NCBI GenBank assembly: GCA_965203865.1
Contig: OZ241916.1
Location: forward strand, 861,548-925,547
Origin: Arenicellales bacterium
GTDB lineage: Bacteria; Pseudomonadota; Gammaproteobacteria; Arenicellales; JAJDZL01
Length of the DNA stretch: 64,000 nucleotides
Reading direction: 5' to 3'
In this document: positions 48,377-56,708 of the stretch, in pieces
Position numbering within the stretch: position 1 is the stretch's first letter
Layout of the letters: the number at the start of each line of letters is the position of its first letter
Program-made: the position numbers and the translations under genes
The notes under the pieces: generated by a model
Databases searched by the model: none
Seen by the model: only the letters and a program-made list of their open reading frames with translations
Told to the model about the DNA's origin: nothing

Positions 48377-49792
48377 ATGACTGTTGTAACACGCTTTGCA
48401 CCAAGCCCGACTGGCAATCTTCATATTGGAACTGTGCGTACCGCACTTTTTTCATGGTTGTATGCGCGCAAGCACAAGGGCAGTTTTTTGCTGAGAATTG
48501 AAGATACAGACAGGTTGCGCTCTACACCAGAAGCCACTCAACTAATTTTTGATACTCTTGACTGGCTAGGACTGAATATAGATGAACCCCCAGTTTACCA
48601 ATCCCAGCGGTTTACTGCATACGACAGAGTTGCCACGAGACTCATTGATGAAGGAAATGCGTACTACTGCGATTGTTCATCGGAGCGTTTGGAGAAACTG
48701 AGAGAGGAGCAGCAGGCCAAAGGTTTAAAGCCTCGATATGACAACAAGTGCCGCGACCGGCAACTGAGTCGTTCAAAAGACAATCCCGTGGTGATTCGGT
48801 TTAAGAGCCCGTTGGATGGTGAAGTAAGGGTCAAGGACATGGTTCAAGGGGAAGTTGCCTACAAAAATTCGGAATTGGACGATTTGATAATTGTTCGTTC
48901 AGATGGTTCGCCAACATACAATTTTTCGGTTGTAGTAGATGAAATAGAAATGGGTGTAACGCATGTAATCAGAGGAGACGATCACTTGAACAATACTCCC
49001 CGGCAGATAAACTTGTTTCAGGCACTAGGTGCAAAGCTTCCTCAATTCGGGCATGTGCCCATGATTCTGTCTTCCAGTGGCAAGAAGATTTCAAAACGCG
49101 AAGGTGCTTCAGGGGCTTTGGATTTGCGAAAACAGGGATACTTGCCGGAAGCAGTGTTGAACTATCTCGTTCGATTAGGATGGTCGCACGGCGACCAGGA
49201 AATTTTCTCCGTAGAAGAAATGATTGAGTTGTTTGATGTAGTGAGCATTAATCGCTCTCCTGCAAAGCTTGATGAAAAGAAACTGGAGTGGTTGAACCAT
49301 CAGTACATGATGGCGGGAGATGCCCCCAGAATTTGCGAGTTGGCAAAGCCGTTTTTTCAGAATGCCGGGATCGATACTGAAGATACTGGTCCGTCTTTGA
49401 TTGACCTGTTTGAGGTAATGAAGCAACGTTCAAGAACTCTTGTGCAATTTGCTGAAAGCTCCGAGTTCTTTTTTAAAGAGCTCGCTGAATATGATGAGAA
49501 AGCTACGAGTAAATACCTAACTTCCGAAGCAGGCATAGTGCTGAAAGAACTTCGGAGTAGATTAAACGAGTTGCCAGAGTGGACAAGTACCCGAATTCAT
49601 GAAATATTTCAGGCTATTGTTGATGAGCATGAAATTAAATTTGGTGATATCGCACAACCGGCCCGAGTTGCTTTGACGGGGAGAACAGTGTCGCCGGGAA
49701 TTGATGTGACTATGGAACTACTAGGTCGTGAACAAGCACTAACCAGAATTGAGTATGCAATACAATGGATTCAAGACAAAAAACATGCATAG
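48377..49792 (+). CDS. gltX: Glutamate--tRNA ligase
   Basis: TRFAPSPTGNLHIG; RIEDTD; IRGDDHLNNT; KISKR. Confidence 0.96.
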   Translation: MTVVTRFAPSPTGNLHIGTVRTALFSWLYARKHKGSFLLRIEDTDRLRSTPEATQLIFDTLDWLGLNIDEPPVYQSQRFTAYDRVATRLIDEGNAYYCDCSSERLEKLREEQQAKGLKPRYDNKCRDRQLSRSKDNPVVIRFKSPLDGEVRVKDMVQGEVAYKNSELDDLIIVRSDGSPTYNFSVVVDEIEMGVTHVIRGDDHLNNTPRQINLFQALGAKLPQFGHVPMILSSSGKKISKREGASGALDLRKQGYLPEAVLNYLVRLGWSHGDQEIFSVEEMIELFDVVSINRSPAKLDEKKLEWLNHQYMMAGDAPRICELAKPFFQNAGIDTEDTGPSLIDLFEVMKQRSRTLVQFAESSEFFFKELAEYDEKATSKYLTSEAGIVLKELRSRLNELPEWTSTRIHEIFQAIVDEHEIKFGDIAQPARVALTGRTVSPGIDVTMELLGREQALTRIEYAIQWIQDKKHA

Positions 49793-50151
49793 TACGAAAA
49801 AGAGAATAAGGAACTCAAGCTAACCTAGCTTTCAAAATCACCTCCAATGCAAGAAATCTCTTGAATACAAAAGCTGAATTCAACTTATAAAATCTTTTTT
49901 CGCGGAAATGGAATGTAATTTTTCTTTGATTCTCTAATCGCTCTTTCTGCTAACAAGCTAGACAACGAAATTTGCTTGTTAGTAATTACAGGTTGTTCAA
50001 CAACCGGCTGTTTTTTCCTGTCTTGCATCGCAATCACGCAATCTCCCTATTACGGTTAGTTCATTCATGAATGGTAATATTTCTGTAAAGGTTCGTCAAT
50101 TTTGTCTTTAGGAGCTTCTGCTTCAAGACCAATTGATTCTTTGATCGTACA

Positions 50152-50925
50152 CTATCCTGCAAGCTGTTCAATTTTCTCATCCTTATCGGACCACAGAATC
50201 GGATCAATATTGTACTGTTCCAAAGCGGAAGTAACGTTTTCTTCGACCTGTTGGTCTGAATTATTCAATATTGCGTAAGCACTGGAATTGATTGGCCGTT
50301 TTTCTTTTGTGTCTATCCATGCGAAAACCGTATTTTGTATTGCATTGCGATTTGGACGGTTAATTATGCGAACCGCCCGTTCTGGCATTTTTTCAGATTG
50401 CGGAATTACAAAGTCATAACGGTGATCAAATCCACTTTGGCCTGTAAACTTTAAGTTTGTAATATTTCGAATATTAAGATCTTCAAGCCATTGCAACACC
50501 GTCTCAGTGAACACGTTAGTTCTAGTTGGTGACGACAACAAAAACAGGTCGTTAACCGCAAGCATTGCTTGCACCAGATTGTGCTTTTTCAAAGCAAAAT
50601 TTTCTGGTGAAGTTCGTATTTCAAGTGCCTCTCCATTTGCACCGCTAGTTTTTACCCCAAAACCGTTTATCATTGTTTTGAGTAAAGCTTGCCTATTTTC
50701 GGTATTGATTTTGTATCCAGATTGTTCCAAATCTGCCAGAGTATATCCATCATCCGTCAAAATAATTTCTTCGTCTTGGTACTTTGCATAAATTTGTATA
50801 TAGTCATTATGCCTGTCAAGAAATGGAGTTGTAATTTCTATCCAATCATCGCATTCCCGAAGGTGTGTTCTATCTTTTAACCACTTCCAATATTCATCCA
50901 GTAAGGGCTGAATTTCGGCGATCAT
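50152..50925 (-). CDS. DUF1828/DUF1829 family protein
   Basis: ITTPFLDRHNDYIQIY; LTDDGYTL; GQSGFDHRYDFVIP; FAWID. Recognised from memory of the family. Confidence 0.7.
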   Translation of the reverse strand: MIAEIQPLLDEYWKWLKDRTHLRECDDWIEITTPFLDRHNDYIQIYAKYQDEEIILTDDGYTLADLEQSGYKINTENRQALLKTMINGFGVKTSGANGEALEIRTSPENFALKKHNLVQAMLAVNDLFLLSSPTRTNVFTETVLQWLEDLNIRNITNLKFTGQSGFDHRYDFVIPQSEKMPERAVRIINRPNRNAIQNTVFAWIDTKEKRPINSSAYAILNNSDQQVEENVTSALEQYNIDPILWSDKDEKIEQLAG

Positions 50926-51121
50926 AGTATTAACTCTCTTTGAATTGCTTATTTGCTTCGGTTTGAGTAAGATTTTGAATTACCATTTCAAAGTATTAGT
51001 AATAGAATTTATGCTGAATTCACTTTATGTCTTGTAGCGTATCAATGACTAGCAGTTTGAATAAATATTTCCTGTCCAGTTTATGTTTTATAAAGATTAT
51101 TGGTACAACAGTTAAAAAGTG

Positions 51122-51476
51122 TTACCTTGTTGGTCTTACTTCTTCAGTCAGTCGTAGCGCATGATGAAAGACTTCGTTGAATAAATCTAGTTGAACATTT
51201 CTATCATCGGTGATTTCGCGTAGAAGATAGTATTTTGTTAGGCCCTCAAGTTTTTTGAGTGATTTTTCCATTTCTTTTGTAATTACACCTGCGATTATAA
51301 AGTTTGCTGAACGGGTTGGACTATTTCGAAGACTTTTCTGCAATGCGCCAAGTCGTTCCATAGCCCCGGCAGGGTCAACTCCACCTTTAATCTCAATTGT
51401 GCAAACGATTTCACCACCTTGGCTAAAACTGATATCTGGTTCAGAACCGAATTTCATAACGTAGTCGTTTTTCAAT
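51122..51476 (-). pseudogene. Type II restriction endonuclease (XcyI-like), 3' fragment
   Basis: FGSEPDISF..IEIKGG is a PD-(D/E)xK catalytic motif; separated from its 5' half by the IS. Confidence 0.72.
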
Positions 51477-52457
51477 CATGCATCTAAACTGAATTAAGGC
51501 AATCTCGAATTGGCACATGATCGACAGCGGCTTGCAGCAATCGGTCCGGCAATTGAGGTTCCCAGAATCGACGATTGAAGCGAAACACAAATTCGTCAAT
51601 GTATTCCTGAAGGTATCGATGCGACACCCCGTGGAAGGTTCCCGCCAGAAAACTCTTGAAGTTGCTGATGACGATATGAACCTTCGGAAGCCATTCATCC
51701 ACTTTTTCCGGCGGGGTGGATTTGGCTTGGTGGCGATGCGATTCGCCCAGAACTCGCAAGGCATTCAATGCGTCGGTGCGAATTTCTGAATTCGGCGAAA
51801 TTCGCTTGGCAAATTCCCGCACCTGTTCCGAATTCACCTGCTCCACCAGACGAGCCGCCATGAAGCCCATGCCTTTTTCTTGCTGCTCAACGGCGAAAAT
51901 CACCGGCTTTTTGCCCTCGCTCCCGCGACCTCTCTTGCCCGGCTTGCGTCCCCCAACGAAAGCATCGTCCAACTCCACAAGCCCTTCAAGCCAGTAACTT
52001 CGGTCGCGATCCCCCATGGACTGGCGCAAAATCCTCAGCATTCGATAGGCCGTCGGCCAAGACACCCCAATCGTCTTGGAAAGCCGCTGTGCCGAAATCC
52101 CGCCCTTGTCCGTGGCCATCAAGTAAATCGCCGCAAACCATTTGGGCAGCGGCAGACGCGTATGCTCGAATACCGTACCTGCCGTGGGCGAAACTTGACG
52201 ACCGCAATTCGTGCACTCGTGCAAATATCGATGCTTTAGCTGGTAGGACTTGTCGTGACCGCACTTCGGGCAGATGAATCCGTCTTTCCAGCGCCGCCAG
52301 CTCAACTCTTCCAGGCAGGCCTCCTGAGTCGAATACTTTTGGCTCCAGTCGAAAAAATTGGTAGGGTTCTGTTGCATTTGGAAGTTCCTCTCTTGCAGGT
52401 TCAATCAGATCGTTACATGCTATTATATGACAATCCTTAATTTAATTGAGAGGCATG
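51477..52457 (-). mobile_element. IS1595-family insertion sequence (probably ISSod11 group), 981 bp
   Basis: 23-bp imperfect TIRs CATGCATCTAAACTGAATTAAGG / CATGCCTCTCAATTAAATTAAGG (4 mismatches); 8-bp TSD TTTTCAAT at 51469-51476 and 52458-52465. Confidence 0.9.
51484..52404 (-). CDS. IS1595-family DDE transposase
   Basis: Zinc ribbon CPKC/CTNC; TAGTVFEHT; VELDDAFVGG; IRTD; WLPKVHIVISN; YIDEFVFRFNRR. Possible start at the ATG at 52377. Confidence 0.92.
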   Translation of the reverse strand: MNLQERNFQMQQNPTNFFDWSQKYSTQEACLEELSWRRWKDGFICPKCGHDKSYQLKHRYLHECTNCGRQVSPTAGTVFEHTRLPLPKWFAAIYLMATDKGGISAQRLSKTIGVSWPTAYRMLRILRQSMGDRDRSYWLEGLVELDDAFVGGRKPGKRGRGSEGKKPVIFAVEQQEKGMGFMAARLVEQVNSEQVREFAKRISPNSEIRTDALNALRVLGESHRHQAKSTPPEKVDEWLPKVHIVISNFKSFLAGTFHGVSHRYLQEYIDEFVFRFNRRFWEPQLPDRLLQAAVDHVPIRDCLNSV

Positions 52458-53055
52458 TTTTCAATTCAAATTTAGTTTGACTTGTGTTGTAGTCTTCAAT
52501 CAAGTTTTGACAATATAGCCACTTCAAAATAATTCTTCTAATTTCCAATTCAGCTTCTTGTCCTGCCAAATTACGAGCTGAACCGTCTAATGAAATTGAA
52601 ATTGTAGCAATGATATTCTTGTACCCGTTTTCTAAAGTCCAATCTGAGGAATTAACAATTATTGACGAAATGACGGTATTGTAAAGTTGTGCAACTTTGA
52701 GTAAATTTTCAGACGTGATTTTTTTCACTGTGTCATTTTCCCAGCTTCCAACCTGCGTTGCCAATGTCTGAACACGCTTGAGGGGCAAGCAGGCGATGCC
52801 TCTGTAGTGAATTGAACAGTTCGGATAAATTCTGAGCAGTTCAGGATGGGCAAAAACGAGGCGTGGTTGAATATTTGCCCCAGCAATTTGATTCCATGCC
52901 TCTTCACTGATCATTAGGTTCGTTAGCTCTGAATAATCAAGCGGAAGATCGAACTCTTCAATAAGTTGCCAAATATTTGAGGATGTGCGTTCCTTCAGTT
53001 GCTTGGCGATATAAATGGAGCGCCGTAGAGCGAGCTCTAATTCTTTCGAATTCAA
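52458..53055 (-). pseudogene. Type II restriction endonuclease, 5' fragment
   Basis: Translationally coupled to the MTase. Removing the IS plus one TSD joins TKFELK to NDYVMKFGSEPD in frame (315 codons in total). Confidence 0.75.
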
Positions 53056-54464
53056 AATTTACGAACCCAGTGATAAATACATTTTCGCAATTCACGGCGG
53101 CCGAAAAGCCCCATCTGTTGACTAGCATTTCCTTTGCCGCGAGGCAGTTTCCAAATTTTTTTGCATTGAAATCCCATTTGCTCTGCAAAGTCCGAAAGAA
53201 TTAAGTCAACAGGAATTTCTTCTCCGTAGTATTGAACATTATCATTTACAACAAATACATTACCATTTGGGGAAACAATTCGCCCCAATTCAGCGACAAG
53301 CACGGCCATTTCGAGAAAATAATTTTCCAGTAAACGAATTACGTTTGGATTTCCAAGTTTATTAGTGTTATCGCGAAGAATTACTAGTGCTTCATGTAAT
53401 GCAGATTGAGAATCATATACGCCAAACGCAAGATTAATTAATCGAGAATTTGCGTAGTAGTCTTGTAGCCAAGATCTTTTTGAATGATTTTCAACAGTTG
53501 CAGATAACAATGCTTGGCGTAGATTCCGAAAATTATCTTGATCGTAACCAAGATAAGCCAGTTCTAATGCATAAGTACGTGTGTAGTCGTAACGATTGGC
53601 ATAAGGTGGGGATGTAATCACAGTATCAAATGAGTTATCTTCAAAAGTCGCCAACTTTTCCAAGCATGACCCGTTGACAAATTTTGGATTTCGTCCGCCA
53701 AATCTTTGTTTTAACTGGTCCATATCATTGCATATCTGGCTTAATCGAATAGATAGGGCATCTGAGAATGGTATTATTGATTTTTTTTCCATTTTAGTGC
53801 GAAGGTTTCTGCCCGACCGGTGGTCCCATCTCAAATATTGGCCATCCTTACTGGTATAGCTCACATCTTCCAATACGCTCATACACGCGAAATTCAAAAC
53901 ATCTCCAATATTTTTACTCGTACATTCACTTAAAAATTCTCTGGCTTTGGCAATGTCGTCTTCTGTTCGTTCAGGGAAGGCTTTTTCAGTTATTGCCACA
54001 TGCCGAAATCGGTACTTTGAATTTGTTTGTGGATATCGAATACGAGAAAGAAGATCTTTCCCCGCTTTTTCGAACTCTGATTTAATCAAACCGTTAGCAG
54101 TATGTGAAATCGCCTTGGCAGCCGATATTCCGACAGGCATAATCTCAATACCCATTGCATCCAGATTCACTCCAGTAGCTACCAATGGAACTGTGCCGAT
54201 CCCCGCAAACGGGTCTAAAACTCTCTTTGCGTTTACTTGTCCTAATAGTTTTTCAATAAGCTGAGCTGAAAATCCTTCTTTGTATTTCAACCATCGTAAT
54301 CCAGGTTCCTCCTTATTTGCCTGGTAAGAAACTAATCGACGGTTCAATCCTTGATTTTCAGCAATTCGCGATTGAAATCTTTGATATAGGGCTTTTCTAG
54401 CACCAATCTCTCTTCCGTTTGAAGAAAAATCATCGGCGATAAATGGGTCGGTATTAGGTTTCAT
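53052..54464 (-). CDS. Type II DNA methyltransferase (probably N4-cytosine, alpha motif order)
   Basis: Motif I DPFAGIGT precedes motif IV ITSPPY. Confidence 0.85.
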   Translation of the reverse strand: MKPNTDPFIADDFSSNGREIGARKALYQRFQSRIAENQGLNRRLVSYQANKEEPGLRWLKYKEGFSAQLIEKLLGQVNAKRVLDPFAGIGTVPLVATGVNLDAMGIEIMPVGISAAKAISHTANGLIKSEFEKAGKDLLSRIRYPQTNSKYRFRHVAITEKAFPERTEDDIAKAREFLSECTSKNIGDVLNFACMSVLEDVSYTSKDGQYLRWDHRSGRNLRTKMEKKSIIPFSDALSIRLSQICNDMDQLKQRFGGRNPKFVNGSCLEKLATFEDNSFDTVITSPPYANRYDYTRTYALELAYLGYDQDNFRNLRQALLSATVENHSKRSWLQDYYANSRLINLAFGVYDSQSALHEALVILRDNTNKLGNPNVIRLLENYFLEMAVLVAELGRIVSPNGNVFVVNDNVQYYGEEIPVDLILSDFAEQMGFQCKKIWKLPRGKGNASQQMGLFGRRELRKCIYHWVRKF

Positions 54465-54640
54465 CTAACCAGTAAATGTTAAGTTGATTTGGATTATTCG
54501 CTGGCCATGATTCCTGTTTTTTAAAAGTTCATTTATCTTGATGAATAGAAGATAAGTCCCCAAATTTCCATTAATTATAATGCTATGTACGTCAAAATTA
54601 AAATTTGATTTAATCATAATGCGACATTTTTTGACGAGTT

Positions 54641-56008
54641 TTACGGGTCATCTGTTTTGCTTGAAAAATCATAAGCAATTTCAGCGGGTTGAATCTCTGG
54701 TGTTCCCCCGAAACGCCCTTGCAGATAGTTTTTCCTTATTTCTTTGTCGTAGCGAATGTCTTTAAACTCGCCAAGAGAATATAAACTGGATGCACCGCTT
54801 GCATCCATTTGGGCAAACCAGATTTCATCTCTCCGAAACAACCCTTGGTCTATCAATGAATTGTCATGAGATGTGAATAATAATTGCGTTCTTGAATCTG
54901 CATCGCAATTGTTTAAATACGTTTCAATTAGAGTTTTCGTCAAATTACTGTGTAGACAACGGTCCAATTCATCAATCACATAGACTTTCGCACTGTTCGC
55001 AATCAATTGTTGAGTTGCTGAAAGGTCAAGAAATGCCGGCAGGAGTTCAATTACACGTTGCGAGCCATGGGATTCATGATAAATTTCAAATGCTACTTCC
55101 GTGTCATCTTGCGTGCGATGATAGGAAATTAATTTTTTGGCAACAATTCTGTCGTGCCTACGCGAAATTACATAACGTGCGCAATTCGGTTCCGCTATCA
55201 AACGGAGGCTTTGATTTTCTTTTAACTCCTTTTCAATGTCAGATTTCACCTGTTCGGGAAGCGCAAGATCTTCATACGGAATTTCCTTGCTGCCCAACCG
55301 AATAATTCCAGTATCCAGATGCTGAAGAATATCGTTCATTTTTCCGTAGAGAAGGCTCTCTTCATCAATAAATTGCTCCGAGTTCGCAAATCGACTATCT
55401 GGTGCAACCAAGACAAGTGTCTTTTTAAACCAGTTGTAAACCGCCTTGAATTCTTTGTACTGTTTGTATATGGATTTGTGTGATACTGCATTAGTGAGAA
55501 GTAGCTGGTTGTCCCAGAGCCCATTAATCAGGAATTTCAAATACTTGCTCTTCAGAGGAGACTTGTGAAGGTTTACCTTGCCATTTTTACGCTCAAACAG
55601 GACTTTCTCGCTACTGCTATTCATCACCGCCAACTTTTCCTCGGACACGAATTTCCTGTTTACCGAAAAACTGTATTTATAAATCAGATTATCGATTAAC
55701 AATTCAAACTTGAAATCAGATACATCGTCCATGGCTCTGGAATCTAAGAGAAATGGTTCCACAGGAATTCTCTGGTCTGTATCCACACCTCCTACAATCA
55801 GTGTTTTGGCGAAATTTAGCGCCGTAAACAGATTGGTCTTGCCTGAGGCATTTCCTCCAAATATTGCCGCAACTGGAAGGATTTTGATTTGATACTTTTT
55901 CAATTTGGTAATTCGCACACCATGTTGCCGCTCTCGGGTTGCAATCATAGAGAGTGTGGTACTGTTGCGAAAAGAACTCCAGTTTTTTATTGTAAAATTT
56001 AACAGCAT
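54641..56008 (-). CDS. AAA_21 / RloA-like ATPase
   Basis: FTIKNWSSF; Walker A GGNASGKTN; ESHGSQR; Walker B VIDELDRCLH; QLLFTSHD; RRDEIWF; YLQGRFGG. Confidence 0.8.
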   Translation of the reverse strand: MLLNFTIKNWSSFRNSTTLSMIATRERQHGVRITKLKKYQIKILPVAAIFGGNASGKTNLFTALNFAKTLIVGGVDTDQRIPVEPFLLDSRAMDDVSDFKFELLIDNLIYKYSFSVNRKFVSEEKLAVMNSSSEKVLFERKNGKVNLHKSPLKSKYLKFLINGLWDNQLLLTNAVSHKSIYKQYKEFKAVYNWFKKTLVLVAPDSRFANSEQFIDEESLLYGKMNDILQHLDTGIIRLGSKEIPYEDLALPEQVKSDIEKELKENQSLRLIAEPNCARYVISRRHDRIVAKKLISYHRTQDDTEVAFEIYHESHGSQRVIELLPAFLDLSATQQLIANSAKVYVIDELDRCLHSNLTKTLIETYLNNCDADSRTQLLFTSHDNSLIDQGLFRRDEIWFAQMDASGASSLYSLGEFKDIRYDKEIRKNYLQGRFGGTPEIQPAEIAYDFSSKTDDP

Positions 56009-56415
56009 TTTTATTCCAAAATGTAATTAAAATCGTTTAAAAAAGATAATTTATTGCTAATAATGTAATTTTAATTATTTATTATGAGTATAATTCTCTT
56101 AAAGTAAAGAGAATTATTATTTTTCTGATGCTGAATTTTCAAATTGGGGGCAGAGGGTTTATATACGGTACCCTCACAAATGTTTTTTGAAAACGATCTA
56201 TATCGTGCAGGGACAATGGAAAGCAGTCTCCTTTTTCATAGTAAATGAGAATTGCTGAAAATTTGCTTTTGGCTATTGCTACAACTGCAACAAATCATTA
56301 TAATTTGGATCTTGATTTGGACATCAATCAGGTTGGGTATTAGTTTTCTACGTTGTCCGTCGTATTTCCCTTGATTACGGTATTTGTACGACAATGCTGT
56401 TATGCTGATAGCCAT

Positions 56416-56491
<76 letters not shown>

Positions 56492-56538
56492 ATATTGAAG
56501 TCGGTTCACAAATTGATGAATAGATGGAGAGTGAAATT

Positions 56539-56616
56539 GTCCCCATCGTCTAGCCCGGTTTAGGACACCAGCCTTTCACGCTGGCGACGGGGGTTCGAAT
56601 CCCCCTGGGGACGCCA
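56539..56616 (+). tRNA. tRNA-Glu (anticodon TTC)
   Basis: GTCCCCATCGTCTAG..; stem CCAGC/GCTGG, loop CT-TTC-AC; GGTTCGAATCC; CCA end. Confidence 0.95.
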
Positions 56617-56708
56617 CACTTTTCAACTGCTACGGCATCTTTCATTTGATGCCGGCATTTCTCCCCGTACTTATTGAAACTTAAACACATGTAAACTTGT
56701 AAACTTGT

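Noticed and set aside
51484-52404. The resident IS1595 transposase as the mobiliser of the tnpB element
   Set aside because: Its own TIRs (CATGC.TCT.AA.T.AATTAAGG) share no recognisable similarity with the tnpB element's TIRs (GGGA.TTATATACA.TGATAACCA), so cross-recognition is unlikely.
54465-54640. Possible RloB remnant between the ATPase and the MTase
   Set aside because: The only ATG-initiated frame I translated gives a 50-aa peptide without RloB-like features.
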